A stretch of 64,000 nt of DNA from an uncultured Bacteroidales bacterium (lineage in GTDB: Bacteria; Bacteroidota; Bacteroidia; Bacteroidales; BM520): positions 185-64,184 of the forward strand of contig CAZQNY010000004.1 in the NCBI GenBank assembly GCA_964594665.1. The letters are read 5' to 3'. Positions 1 to 9,961 of the stretch are shown piece after piece. The notes beneath the pieces are model-generated. The model worked only from the letters and a program-made list of their open reading frames with translations, was not told where the DNA came from and did no database searches. Position 1 is the stretch's first letter. Each line of letters opens with the position of its first letter. The position numbers were made by a program, and so were the translations under genes.

Positions 1-925
1 ACGACCATCCTACCATTCCCCTGGCATCATAAATTTTCATCTCCTGCCGGCGCTGATAATTGTAGCTTACACGAATAGCAAGAAATTTCGCAGGTGTCAA
101 TTCACCACCAACCACAACATGGCGTAACATCTCGTCGCCGACTTTCGCCATTGTTGTTTTCTCATTGGCCTCGCCGGTAATGGGGTCAACACGGTTTGAA
201 GGGTCATAAGGATCGTAATACCGCATACTCCAGTTCTCGAGGTGGGTTAAAACGATAGAGTACCGAAAAGGCAGATGATCAAGCTTTTTACTAACACCAG
301 CCTGTATTTCAAAGGGCAATGGAGATCGGTCACCTTCGTAGTTTTTGGCAACTTCCAGTCCGGCATTTTTCATGATCACGGAAGCAGTAAGATTCTTCGC
401 TTCATTGTAATAGGTTCCTGCTACATCAACTGCAACACCGTAAGAGGAATAACTCTCCATACCGGAATAGATTAGCTTAAGGTTTGCACCTATATTAAAC
501 AGGGGTGTCAAACGGCGCCCCCACCCTAAAGTAGCAGCAAGCTCTGAACCGGTGAATTCGCCCTCCCGTACACCTGAGACATTTGCATATTCAAAACGAC
601 CGTAATCAATATACTGCATGGTTGCAGCCCAGCTTCCAAGGTTATCAAAATCACGTGAATAACTGGCAAAACCATAGTTAATATCCGTAAAATAATCCAC
701 AAAACTCAGGGCAAGCTCACCGCTGTAATCGGAAGTCAGCAATGATGGATTGGCAACTGCAAGGGATAGATCCTGGTCCTGAATTGCCACAAAATTTGAC
801 CCTAAAGCCGCAATTCGCGATGAATTCACAAGATTTAAAAAACTATAGGTACTATTTCCCCCTACCTGCGCACTGGCAGTAATTATAGATAAAAGTATAA
901 CTGAAAGTATAAATATTTTTCTCAC
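1..925 (-). CDS. porQ: Type IX secretion system protein PorQ-like outer-membrane protein (N-terminal part; C-terminus runs off the window start)
   Basis: My own minus-strand translation from GTG at 925 reads VRKIFILSVILLSIITASAQVGGNSTYSFLNLVNSSRIAALGSNFVAIQDQDLSLAVANPSLL... and stays open to nt 1. It has a signal peptide plus the YxFLxL..SxRxAALG signature typical of PorQ. It is absent from the ORF track because the window edge truncates it. Confidence 0.6.
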   Translation of the reverse strand, partial: MRKIFILSVILLSIITASAQVGGNSTYSFLNLVNSSRIAALGSNFVAIQDQDLSLAVANPSLLTSDYSGELALSFVDYFTDINYGFASYSRDFDNLGSWAATMQYIDYGRFEYANVSGVREGEFTGSELAATLGWGRRLTPLFNIGANLKLIYSGMESYSSYGVAVDVAGTYYNEAKNLTASVIMKNAGLEVAKNYEGDRSPLPFEIQAGVSKKLDHLPFRYSIVLTHLENWSMRYYDPYDPSNRVDPITGEANEKTTMAKVGDEMLRHVVVGGELTPAKFLAIRVSYNYQRRQEMKIYDARGMVGWS

Positions 926-1073
926 GTATCGAATTTTAATTGCCCGTAAAATTACGTCTTTTTCCTTTTCTATGAAATCAAACGTCAACAACACTGAATT
1001 ATTATATTTTTTAAATTAAAAGCCACCATCCCTGTTAGCATTATAACTATATTCGCAAAAAAAATACATAAAG

Positions 1074-3494
1074 ATGAAACGTTTCTGTTTGATTGTATTA
1101 ATTCCGATATTTCTTATACCTTTTTCTGCTATAGCACAGGAAATTACTATCAGGGATATAAATACAAAGCTACCCATATCAAATGCAGCAGTTTTTCATA
1201 AAGACAAATCTTTCTCAACACTAACTGGTATGGACGGGCACCTCTCTCTTAAAAATATTAGCGAGGGAAAAGTTACGATCCAACATACGGCATATTACAG
1301 GGAAAGTGTCTTTATCGAATCACTCAAGGAAGGAAATAATAACATCTATCTGACACCAAAGGTCATTCAGCTGGATCAATTCGTGATCTCAGCCAATAAA
1401 TGGGAGCAACCCAAAGAAGAGGTGCCTTCAAAAATAACAACCATCAGCAGAGAGCAGATACAACTTTTCAACCCACAGACAGCAGGAGATATTCTGGCAA
1501 ACAGCAATGAAGTTTTCGTTCAGAAAAGCCAGATGGCAGGAGGAAGCCCGATGATCAGAGGCTTTAGCACAAATGCCGTACTGCTGATGGTCGATGGAAT
1601 TCGCCTCAATAATGCCATTTACAGATCCGGGAATGTACAAAACGTCATAAACATCGATCCCAATATTCTTGAAGGAACAGAAGTAATCTTTGGCCCGGGA
1701 TCAGTGATGTACGGTTCTGATGCGCTGGGTGGTGTTATGGATTTTCACATTTTTAATCCGGAGTACAGTGATAATGATTCGGTTCTTTTTAAGGCAAATG
1801 CCAGTGCAGGCTACTCTTCAGCAAATGTAGGAAAATCCCTTCATGGTGATTTTTCCGTTGCCACAACACATTTTAAAAGTTTCACAAGCTTTTCGTGGTC
1901 CGACTTTCAGGATCTGGAAATGGGCAGTAAGGGAAACGACAATGAACAGTATCTTCGCTCCTGGTATGTGGACCGCATAAACGGAATAGACAGTATTTTT
2001 TCAAACCCTGATCCAAACATTCAAAAACAATCCGCATATTCACAATACCATATAACGCAAAAAATGAGCTGGCAAGCCTCAAAAAACCTTGAACTGGCCT
2101 ATTTATTCTATTATTCGTCCACATCAGATCTGCCACGCTATGACCAACTAAGGGTTCTGTCGGATGGAGAACCAAAATATGCAGAATGGTATTATGGACC
2201 TCAGAACCTTGCAATCAACTCATTATCAGCTACATTAAAAAAGAAAACAGCATTATTCGACAAAGCAAAAACAGCATTCACATGGCAGGAATACCGCGAA
2301 AGCCGTCACACAAGAAAATTCCAAAATGACAACCTGCTTTCTCAAAATGAAGCTGTTTCCATTGCCTCTCTTAACATCGATTTTGAAAAAGATTTCACCA
2401 ATGGGCTATCGTTAATTTATGGTACTGAAATTATATATAACGGCCTTGACAGTGATGCTTCTGAATATGATATCACTAACGACACATACACAAATGATTT
2501 TGTACTCACACGCTACCCTGATGGAGACAATGTTTACAATGCTCAATCATTATATAGCGGGCTCAGGTATAAAAAGAACAAGCTTATCTACAATGCAGGA
2601 GCAAGGTTAACAAATACAACACTACGTTCATCGTTTGAAAATGCCTTTTATTCAGAAACATTCGGATACAATCAGATTAAAAACAATAATCAGGCAATTA
2701 CCGGAAGTGCAGGCATTACATGGCTACCCGGCAATAACACCGCGTGTTATATAAATGTATCAAGTGGCTTTCATGCACCCAACTGGGACGGCCTGGCCAA
2801 AGTATTTACGCCAAAAAAAGGCGTAGTAATCGTACCCAACGAAAATCTACTGCCGGAATACGCGTATAATGGCGAGGCAGGGATAACACAACACTTGTTT
2901 AACAAAAGGATCACGCTGGAAGGAAATATTTTCTATACCTTCCTGGATAATGCGGTTGTTCAGCGTTCATACGAAATCAATAATCAGTCGCAACTGATAA
3001 TTGATGGTGACACCAATGCCGTTGAGGCATATGTCAATGCAAGCTATGCACATCTGTATGGCTTCAACCTGGCATTACACAGCAATATCACAACCCATTT
3101 GGGCATCCGCTCTCATTTATCATATACACACAGTCGCGACGCAGAAGGCTACTCACTACGCCATGCAGCGCCTTTATTTGGAGCAACGCATGTCATCTAC
3201 AAACAACATATGTTCACTGCCGACGTAAATGTTGTTTATAATGCTGCGATATTAGCAGAAAACCTTGCTCCCAGCGAACAGGGAAAAGATAATATGTATG
3301 CCATTAATGAAAACGGAGAACTATGGTCCCCTTCCTGGTACACAGTTAATTTGAGTGTCTCCTGGCAAACAGGGCCGCATCTGATGCTAAACGGAGGAGT
3401 AGAAAACATCTTTGATGCGCGCTACAGACCCTACTCCAGTGGAATATGTGCCCCGGGAAGATCGTTATCAATATCCCTTAAAGCAACCTTTTAG
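1074..3494 (+). CDS. TonB-dependent outer-membrane receptor (CarboxypepD_reg-like N-domain + plug + barrel; heme/siderophore-receptor-like)
   Basis: 806 aa with a signal peptide. The plug motif is SQMAGGSPMIRGFSTNAVLLMVDGIRLNNAIYRSGN...GPGSVMYGSDALGGVMDF, and the C-terminus ends in an aromatic residue (..SLKATF). Confidence 0.9.
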   Translation: MKRFCLIVLIPIFLIPFSAIAQEITIRDINTKLPISNAAVFHKDKSFSTLTGMDGHLSLKNISEGKVTIQHTAYYRESVFIESLKEGNNNIYLTPKVIQLDQFVISANKWEQPKEEVPSKITTISREQIQLFNPQTAGDILANSNEVFVQKSQMAGGSPMIRGFSTNAVLLMVDGIRLNNAIYRSGNVQNVINIDPNILEGTEVIFGPGSVMYGSDALGGVMDFHIFNPEYSDNDSVLFKANASAGYSSANVGKSLHGDFSVATTHFKSFTSFSWSDFQDLEMGSKGNDNEQYLRSWYVDRINGIDSIFSNPDPNIQKQSAYSQYHITQKMSWQASKNLELAYLFYYSSTSDLPRYDQLRVLSDGEPKYAEWYYGPQNLAINSLSATLKKKTALFDKAKTAFTWQEYRESRHTRKFQNDNLLSQNEAVSIASLNIDFEKDFTNGLSLIYGTEIIYNGLDSDASEYDITNDTYTNDFVLTRYPDGDNVYNAQSLYSGLRYKKNKLIYNAGARLTNTTLRSSFENAFYSETFGYNQIKNNNQAITGSAGITWLPGNNTACYINVSSGFHAPNWDGLAKVFTPKKGVVIVPNENLLPEYAYNGEAGITQHLFNKRITLEGNIFYTFLDNAVVQRSYEINNQSQLIIDGDTNAVEAYVNASYAHLYGFNLALHSNITTHLGIRSHLSYTHSRDAEGYSLRHAAPLFGATHVIYKQHMFTADVNVVYNAAILAENLAPSEQGKDNMYAINENGELWSPSWYTVNLSVSWQTGPHLMLNGGVENIFDARYRPYSSGICAPGRSLSISLKATF

Positions 3495-4024
3495 CGGGTC
3501 TTTTCACCCCGAAACTGGTCGTCCTTTTCAGCAAACAACACATTAAAGGTTGTCAGGCTACCATAGATTCTGGTAATGTACTGTTGCAGGTTAATCTTCT
3601 CATCCTCACTAAGTTTACTGGCATTTATGCGCTGTTCCATAACCCGCAGCCTATCTCTGACCATAACGATTTTATGAAAAAAGGTCTCAATAGGTATTTC
3701 CTTGCTTTGCAGAGAGTCATCACCAGGTTTTAACACCACAACACCATCAATCCACTTGGGGGCTATATCGACCAGGGGATGAAAGTCAGAATATGCTATA
3801 ACAATATCCTTAATAAGTTTTTCAATATCAGAGTAACTCACAAGGTCCCCGGCAGGAGCTACAAAATCGATCACCTCCAGATCAGGGTCATTTTTCATGA
3901 TCTGCTCTGTACCATATTCAATAAAAGTTATGTCATAGCAATCACTCCATACCTGAACAATAACACCCAGTTTATAGTCAGCGTGTTTTACCCTGCTCCC
4001 AATTCCTAAAGATATATTTTCCAT
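3491..4024 (-). CDS. Hypothetical protein
   Basis: 177-aa ORF with non-repetitive, balanced composition. It fills the gap between flanking genes and has a 4-nt convergent overlap with the receptor stop. I recognise no motif. Confidence 0.55.
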   Translation of the reverse strand: MENISLGIGSRVKHADYKLGVIVQVWSDCYDITFIEYGTEQIMKNDPDLEVIDFVAPAGDLVSYSDIEKLIKDIVIAYSDFHPLVDIAPKWIDGVVVLKPGDDSLQSKEIPIETFFHKIVMVRDRLRVMEQRINASKLSEDEKINLQQYITRIYGSLTTFNVLFAEKDDQFRGEKTR

Positions 4025-4078
4025 ATTTTTATAATTAAAATGCTGATACGAAAATAATGATTATCTGTAAAACAAATG

Positions 4079-4086
4079 TAGCTTTG
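4079..4086 (+). promoter_or_regulatory. Bacteroidota sigma-A -7 box (TAnnTTTG)
   Basis: TAGCTTTG lies 18 nt upstream of ATG 4105. Confidence 0.45.
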
Positions 4087-4104
4087 CAAAAATGTTTGAT
4101 CGTC

Positions 4105-4926
4105 ATGGAAAAAGATATCGTTTTTTTCAATGATTCACTGAAGCAAAGAAATCTATGCACATTTCAGCCTCAGTCAGTTCATGGAGTTATATATGAAGTT
4201 GTTCGAATAATTGACGGAGTTCCTCTGTTTCTGGAAGATCACTTAAACCGGCTTTTTCAAAGTGCACAGATTGCAGGTATTATGAAAATATTACCTTCAG
4301 AGCAACAAATTGCAGATGTTTTCAATCAACTGATTAACGCCAACAAAAAGACAACCGGTAATATTCAGTTAAATATTTTCAAAAACAAATCAGAGGCAGG
4401 TATTTTTGGGGGATTTATCAAACATAAGTATCCTTCTGCTGAACAATATGAAAAAGGAGTTTTAGTGGATTTTTTATTTGCTGAACGGAAAAATCCGGAA
4501 GCAAAAATCATACAACAAAATCTAAGAGAACGCTCCAACAATATGATGCAGGAAAAAGGACTTTATGAAGTTTTACTCGTTGACCGACATCATCTGGTGA
4601 CAGAAGGCTCACGGTCGAACCTCTTCATTATTGCTGATAACAAACTCTACACAGCTCCTCTTCAGATGGTTCTGGAAGGCATCACACGTAAAAAAATCGT
4701 CTCTGTTGCACTTGATAATTCCATTCCCTTTATTGAAAAACCATGGAAATATTCCGAAATATTAACAAAGGCAGAAGCACTATTTATAACGGGAACCTCG
4801 CCGAAAGTACTACCTGTAAGTACCTGCGGTGATAAAAAATTCGCTCCGCGGCATCCTGTCATAAAAACAATGATTTCGGAGTACGATAAAATGATATCCG
4901 ACTATATTAATGCTTATCATCGATAA
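4105..4926 (+). CDS. Aminotransferase class IV (branched-chain aminotransferase / aminodeoxychorismate lyase-like)
   Basis: Fold-type IV PLP motifs are present (VTEGSRSNLFII, LEGITRKKI, LFITGTSPKVLPV). I moved the start to ATG 4105 because a TAGCTTTG -7 box (4079-4086) lies inside the longer ORF that starts at 4057. Confidence 0.8.
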   Translation: MEKDIVFFNDSLKQRNLCTFQPQSVHGVIYEVVRIIDGVPLFLEDHLNRLFQSAQIAGIMKILPSEQQIADVFNQLINANKKTTGNIQLNIFKNKSEAGIFGGFIKHKYPSAEQYEKGVLVDFLFAERKNPEAKIIQQNLRERSNNMMQEKGLYEVLLVDRHHLVTEGSRSNLFIIADNKLYTAPLQMVLEGITRKKIVSVALDNSIPFIEKPWKYSEILTKAEALFITGTSPKVLPVSTCGDKKFAPRHPVIKTMISEYDKMISDYINAYHR

Positions 4927-5524
4927 ACTGTCGACTATCATGGAGAAAGCGCTCATGGAGAGATAGAATTTCCGCAAGGATCATTTTCTTATCTTTATTA
5001 TGAATACAATAATCTGAGCTTTGGACAATTTTCTCAGCAGGCCATTGGTTATTCATTCGTGCTTCAAGCTGAGACCGGGATATATCATCACGTTGCAAAA
5101 CCCTTTCGGTACGCTGTTTTCTGGAGGCATACACGCAAACTGTCCTATCAACCATATGTTGCAGGTTAGCTTCAAAAAGTATTGCTGCTTCCAAAACAAC
5201 ATACTGATTACCTGACAGCTCCATTTGGCTTTTCCATCTTTTAAACCGATCATTAAGGGCCGGATGAATAATACTATTCAGCAGGGTTAACTGCAATGGA
5301 TTGGAAAAAACACAGGAAGCGATATATTTCCTGTTAATTGTGCGCTCGTTGATATAAAATTCCGGGCCAAATGCATCAATAATTTTATCGCAAACATGTG
5401 GTTCAAAATAACACTGTTTTGCCTGATAATCGGCATAAAAAACAGGAACCCCAAAAGCTGCAAACACTTTTGCAACCGTACTTTTCCCGCTACCTATATT
5501 CCCGGTTAACCCTATTGACAGCAT
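4907..5524 (-). CDS. coaE: Dephospho-CoA kinase
   Basis: 205 aa with the N-terminal P-loop IGLTGNIGSGKSTVAKVF. Length and layout are typical of CoaE. Confidence 0.9.
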   Translation of the reverse strand: MLSIGLTGNIGSGKSTVAKVFAAFGVPVFYADYQAKQCYFEPHVCDKIIDAFGPEFYINERTINRKYIASCVFSNPLQLTLLNSIIHPALNDRFKRWKSQMELSGNQYVVLEAAILFEANLQHMVDRTVCVYASRKQRTERVLQRDDISRSQLEARMNNQWPAEKIVQSSDYCIHNKDKKMILAEILSLHERFLHDSRQFIDDKH

Positions 5525-6516
5525 TATTTAATTACGATATATTCAACATATTCCGGATTAATACTGGTAATGATACACTTTTCGGGAAAATAGGCAATAT
5601 GCACCGGCAATTTTGATGTTGCCTCATTTTTACATACCGCTTCCAACCGAAAATCATTCTTTTGAACAGTGCTATAATCCTTTAATGCAACAAGATAACG
5701 AATTTCTGCCACATCAGGAAAAATTTTTATGGCTTTATCGCTCGCATTATTTATTTCATAAACCGGTACAGTAATAACCGCTTCAGTATATTGTTCAACA
5801 GGAATTGTAACCCTTATGCTGTCGTACTCAAGTTCAATTGCAGATAAGTCGGTTGGGGTTGTTACAGCGAGACTAAAATGCTGTGGTCCGCGAACAGCAT
5901 TGGAATGCCAAGGTTCTGTAAAGATTGTATCAATCTTTTGAAGTGCAGAGTAAACTCCCTTAATAGTCATGAAACGCGGAAAAATCGTCACTGAATCATA
6001 CAGATAAAACTGATCATCAGGGGTAAAATCAATATCAGCAACAACAGGAACGCGCCTTTGCGTAATTTTCTCTAGTGTAAGATACAAGGTGTCAGGCGTA
6101 AGGGAGAGCATATTATTATAAACCTCCAGCTCATGAGCAATACGTTCCTCTATTCCACGGGTTGGGATAGAGGCATAATAATTACTATCGTATTTATTCA
6201 GGCGCAGATTCATAAGGCTTATTGATACATCAGGATCTTTGCGAAAATTTTTCAGACGAATCATATTCCAGCCTCGTGAGTCCACACGGATGGTAAAAGC
6301 AGTATCGGATTGATTGGTTAAGGCCAGCCCTTTAGGAATATCCTCAATAACAACAGGGTATTCAATTGAAGAGCTTACATTTTCCGACAGCCGAATCAAA
6401 AGCCATAAAAAGAAAGATATGGCCAAACAGGTAAGAAAAACAGACAGCTGCTTCCGGCGAACCGGATTAAACCATTTTTTCAGGCGCTGATAGCCGATAC
6501 GAAAAGCAGCTGACAT
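5524..6516 (-). CDS. YbbR-like domain-containing protein
   Basis: 330 aa with one N-terminal TM helix followed by repeated beta-rich domains. The position upstream of coaE and downstream of yajC is conserved in Bacteroidota. Its stop overlaps the coaE start by 1 nt. Confidence 0.65.
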   Translation of the reverse strand: MSAAFRIGYQRLKKWFNPVRRKQLSVFLTCLAISFFLWLLIRLSENVSSSIEYPVVIEDIPKGLALTNQSDTAFTIRVDSRGWNMIRLKNFRKDPDVSISLMNLRLNKYDSNYYASIPTRGIEERIAHELEVYNNMLSLTPDTLYLTLEKITQRRVPVVADIDFTPDDQFYLYDSVTIFPRFMTIKGVYSALQKIDTIFTEPWHSNAVRGPQHFSLAVTTPTDLSAIELEYDSIRVTIPVEQYTEAVITVPVYEINNASDKAIKIFPDVAEIRYLVALKDYSTVQKNDFRLEAVCKNEATSKLPVHIAYFPEKCIITSINPEYVEYIVIK

Positions 6517-6519
6517 GGA

Positions 6520-6864
6520 TTATTTTTTCTCTTTCGGTGTGGTATTGTCCATTGAAATAGCCGTTTTCTCCACCTCTAATTTATTTCCGTTCCCGGCATC
6601 AATAGTTACACTTGTTTCATGTAGCTCCACAATTTTGCCATGGATACCACCAACAGTTATAACTTTATCGCCTTTGGAGAGACCCTCCTGGAAATTTTTC
6701 TGATCTTTTGTTTTCTTCACCTGAGGGCGAATAAAGAAAAGGTAGAAAATCACGATCAAAACGAGTAAAAAGATTAAAGAACTGTAACCGCCACCGGTTT
6801 GTTCTCCATTTGGCGCTCCCTGTTGTGGGGCCATCAGTAAAAGTCCTAAGTAGTTCATATGCAT
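6520..6864 (-). CDS. yajC: Preprotein translocase subunit YajC
   Basis: 114 aa with a single TM helix and the motif KGDKVITVGGIHGKIVE. Confidence 0.85.
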   Translation of the reverse strand: MHMNYLGLLLMAPQQGAPNGEQTGGGYSSLIFLLVLIVIFYLFFIRPQVKKTKDQKNFQEGLSKGDKVITVGGIHGKIVELHETSVTIDAGNGNKLEVEKTAISMDNTTPKEKK

Positions 6865-6871
6865 TTTCTTA

Positions 6872-7327
6872 TTATTCCATTACCACATTAGCCTTAACCC
6901 ATAAAATAGTATTTGAGGGCTGTGTATTGGCCATTACGGTAACTTTTTTATTTTGATATCCTTTTTTTGCTGTACTGTTAAAAGTTACATGAAGAACACC
7001 ACCTTCACCGGGAGGTATCGGATCATCAGGATAATCAACAACAGTACACCCACAAGAGGCATTAACCTTAACAATCAGAAGATCTTTGGTTCCTTCATTT
7101 CTGAATTTATAACCATATGTCACCCTTTCTCCCTGTACAACGCGACCAAAATCGTGCGTCGTAGCCTCAAATACGATTAGTGGAACGGCATTTTTATCCA
7201 CATTTGATGAAGCAGACCGTGGGATATTTACCACATCTGCAGGAAGTTCGCTTCCTCCCCGGGAACGATTACAACCTGTCCATGACAATATGGTTAAAAC
7301 GCTTATTATTATTGTAAAATATCTCAT
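6872..7327 (-). CDS. DUF1573 domain-containing lipoprotein
   Basis: 151 aa. It has a lipoprotein-type signal (..SWTGC) and a DUF1573-like core (FDFG.V..GE...YKF.N.G...L.I..V.ASCGCT). Confidence 0.75.
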   Translation of the reverse strand: MRYFTIIISVLTILSWTGCNRSRGGSELPADVVNIPRSASSNVDKNAVPLIVFEATTHDFGRVVQGERVTYGYKFRNEGTKDLLIVKVNASCGCTVVDYPDDPIPPGEGGVLHVTFNSTAKKGYQNKKVTVMANTQPSNTILWVKANVVME

Positions 7328-7332
7328 AAATC

Positions 7333-8298
7333 CTATTTATCAAGTAATCCTCGTCCGGTTTTAATAATTTTCTTCTCAGCTTTTAATTGATCGATCATTT
7401 TATCCAGTACCCCATTGATAAAAATCCTGCTCTTGGGAGTACTAAAAATTTTAGACAGCTCAATATACTCATTTAATGAGACTTTTATGGGAATTGAAGG
7501 AAAAAGTAATATTTCAGATACTGCCATGCGAAGCAGTAGTTTATCCATAACGGCAATCCGGTCAAATTCCCAATTCCGTGTTCTTTCTGCAATCAACAGA
7601 GTATGAGCCTCCCGGTTAATTATTGTTTTACGAAACAGATCCTTAACAAACTGTCTGTCCTCACTATTTCCATCAAGTGTATCCACTGGAAACAGCTCAG
7701 GTAAAGTTGCAGAATTTGTACTCCCCTCTTTAATATTCTTTAAATAGCGTAAGATAAGATTATTAACAATATCATAATCTGTCGACCAATGTATTTTACG
7801 TTCTTCATAAAAACCCTGAAGATCATCATTAAACGCAATAAAGCCAAGGTACAAGGACTCCAAGAATTGCTTATCAGTCTGGAAGCCATCTTTTTCAGCA
7901 TATAAATACTCCTTAAACATATCAGAACTTTTTACATCCTGATAAAGCTTTCGTATCAGGTTCTGCTCTTCTGTCCAGCTGATTTTAAAAACACTGATTT
8001 TTCTTAAAAGGCCGGGGTTTTCGTTGAGCATAGCAACAACCCGATTATCAACAAACCTTGTACTGGGGTTACGCTCCTCATCGGTCGGCAAAAATTTCTT
8101 TTTTGCCTCCTCCATTCTCAGTTGAGAGAAGTTCACCAATTCCAATAAAAGGGATAACTGACTTACAAAAAGCACATCAATTTCATTGAGGCTCTTAAAC
8201 AACTCCTTTTCACCAATATCCATCCTGTCATTGCCTGACTGTTCAAACGCATAGATTGCCTGAACAACCTTCAACCTCAACTGCCTTCTGTTTAGCAT
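7333..8298 (-). CDS. nusB: Transcription antitermination factor NusB (long Bacteroidota form)
   Basis: 321 aa. The N-terminus is RRQLRLKVVQAIYAFE and the C-terminal NusB core is ..AVMDKLLLRMAVSEILLF...INGVLDK. Confidence 0.85.
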   Translation of the reverse strand: MLNRRQLRLKVVQAIYAFEQSGNDRMDIGEKELFKSLNEIDVLFVSQLSLLLELVNFSQLRMEEAKKKFLPTDEERNPSTRFVDNRVVAMLNENPGLLRKISVFKISWTEEQNLIRKLYQDVKSSDMFKEYLYAEKDGFQTDKQFLESLYLGFIAFNDDLQGFYEERKIHWSTDYDIVNNLILRYLKNIKEGSTNSATLPELFPVDTLDGNSEDRQFVKDLFRKTIINREAHTLLIAERTRNWEFDRIAVMDKLLLRMAVSEILLFPSIPIKVSLNEYIELSKIFSTPKSRIFINGVLDKMIDQLKAEKKIIKTGRGLLDK

Positions 8299-8327
8299 AA
8301 AAATAACGATTATAATTTTTAAGGCTA

Positions 8328-8335
8328 CAAAATTA
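8328..8335 (-). promoter_or_regulatory. -7 box for nusB
   Basis: The minus strand reads TAATTTTG, about 30 nt upstream of the nusB ATG (8298). Confidence 0.45.
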
Positions 8336-8450
8336 GGAAAATTATTATGAACAGCACGATAATCAGGTACTAAACCATATAATATTAAGGTTTTTTAAAT
8401 TTATTAAAATAACCTGCCTTCAGAGCTTGAATAATTCAGTATTTATTCCG

Positions 8451-8458
8451 TATTTTTG
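8451..8458 (+). promoter_or_regulatory. -7 box for the PUR-like gene
   Basis: TATTTTTG lies upstream of ATG 8495. Confidence 0.45.
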
Positions 8459-8494
8459 CCTAAACAGTTCGGTAAAACCTAAAGCAATAACGAT

Positions 8495-8893
8495 ATGGCA
8501 GCGTATGATAATGAAAGTAATGAACGGAAGAATGAAGTTTACTCCATACCGATCAGAGCAGGAAAGAGAACCTATTTTTTTGATGTAAAAGCAACCCGGT
8601 CGAACGAATTATATTTAACGGTTACAGAAAGTAAGCGTCGTTTTAATAATGAAAATGGAAAATTCTTTTACGAAAAACATAAACTCTTCTTGTACAAAGA
8701 AGATTTTGAAAAATTTGCCAACGGGCTCCAGGAGGCCATACATTTTATCAAAACCGGGGAAAAACCTGTAATTACTGAAGTTACTGAGGCACAAGACAAA
8801 ACAGTATCTGACATGGAAAGCTCCCTTACTTCATCAGAAAATAAAATTCATCTTGATGTATCCTTTGAAGATCTCAGTTCTGATTCAGAATAA
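8495..8893 (+). CDS. PUR-alpha-like (DUF3276) nucleic-acid-binding protein
   Basis: 132 aa. The segment IRAGKRTYFFDVKATRSNELYLTVTESKRRF matches the single PUR repeat of DUF3276 proteins. Confidence 0.7.
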   Translation: MAAYDNESNERKNEVYSIPIRAGKRTYFFDVKATRSNELYLTVTESKRRFNNENGKFFYEKHKLFLYKEDFEKFANGLQEAIHFIKTGEKPVITEVTEAQDKTVSDMESSLTSSENKIHLDVSFEDLSSDSE

Positions 8894-9098
8894 CCCTTTA
8901 TCAATACTGTTTTTACGCTTTTGATACAAGGACAAAAACATCGCAACAGGTTTCACACCACAATTCAATTATTGATATCATTTGAAAATACGCAGTTTAT
9001 GAGCAATTGAAAACTGAGTATTAGCTGCAATAATAATGTATAGGGAGCAGTTAATAACTATTGTTTATACGGGTATTTTCAATCCCACATTTTTAATG

Positions 9099-9106
9099 TA
9101 ATTTTG
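9099..9106 (+). promoter_or_regulatory. -7 box for the parAB operon
   Basis: TAATTTTG lies upstream of ATG 9152. Confidence 0.45.
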
Positions 9107-9151
9107 TACACATTCAACACCTGTTTAATACGCAAATAATAATCATAAGGA

Positions 9152-9961
9152 ATGGGAAAAATTATCACTATTGCCAATCAAAAAGGAGGAGTAGGTAAAA
9201 CGACAACAGCCATAAATCTGGGTGCAAGCCTTGCTGTTTTAGAATACAAAACACTTCTCGTGGATGCTGATCCACAGGCAAATGCAACCTCCGGCATTGG
9301 CTTTGATCCTAAAAATATTAAAACAAGTATCTATGAGTGCATTATTGATAATGTAGACCCGCGACATATCATTCTGAATTCAGATACACCCAATCTGGAT
9401 CTTCTGCCTGCACATATTGATCTGGTCGGTGCAGAAATAGAAATGATAAACCTCCCCAACAGGGAAAATATGATGCGCAATGTAATGAATTATGTAAAAG
9501 ATGATTATGATTTCATTATCATCGACTGCAGCCCCTCATTAGGCCTTGTAACCGTAAATAGCCTTGTGGCTGCAGACGCCGTTATCATCCCTGTACAGTG
9601 CGAGTATTTCGCACTGGAAGGCCTTGGAAAGCTATTAAACACAATAAAAATCGTGCAATCAAGGTTAAACCCGGGATTAGACATTGAAGGTATTTTACTA
9701 ACGATGTATGACAGCCGTTTAAGATTATCCAAACAAGTACTTGATGAAGTAAAAACACATTTTCAATCAATGGTATTTGATACAATCATCAACAGGAACA
9801 CGCGCCTTGGAGAGGCTCCCAGCTTTGGCGAGTCAATTATTATGCACGATGCTTCAAGCACCGGAGCAATCAACTATCTGAACCTGGCAAGAGAAATATT
9901 ACAAAAAAACAATCTTACCCGGGTTAACAATTCTGATAACATCTCTATACATGACAACTAA
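9152..9961 (+). CDS. parA: Chromosome partitioning ATPase ParA/Soj
   Basis: 269 aa with the deviant Walker A motif NQKGGVGKTTTAINL. It overlaps parB by 11 nt. Confidence 0.92.
   Translation: MGKIITIANQKGGVGKTTTAINLGASLAVLEYKTLLVDADPQANATSGIGFDPKNIKTSIYECIIDNVDPRHIILNSDTPNLDLLPAHIDLVGAEIEMINLPNRENMMRNVMNYVKDDYDFIIIDCSPSLGLVTVNSLVAADAVIIPVQCEYFALEGLGKLLNTIKIVQSRLNPGLDIEGILLTMYDSRLRLSKQVLDEVKTHFQSMVFDTIINRNTRLGEAPSFGESIIMHDASSTGAINYLNLAREILQKNNLTRVNNSDNISIHDN

Noticed and set aside
275-475. 66-aa + strand ORF near the window start
   Set aside because: It lies antisense inside the PorQ-like coding region, which translates cleanly on the minus strand across 1-925.
926-1073. Possible riboswitch (for example cobalamin) or Fur box upstream of the TonB-dependent receptor
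   Set aside because: The region is only 148 nt of AT-rich sequence. It has no B12-box-like element, no extended conserved helices and no convincing Fur-type palindrome.
8894-9151. Possible oriC or parS in the 258-nt gap before parA
   Set aside because: The gap contains no cluster of TTATCCACA-like DnaA boxes and no TGTTNCACGTGAAACA-like palindrome. The CACGTG cores at 10111-10116 and 19112-19117 lie inside CDSs and match only 8/16 and 10/16 positions of the parS consensus.
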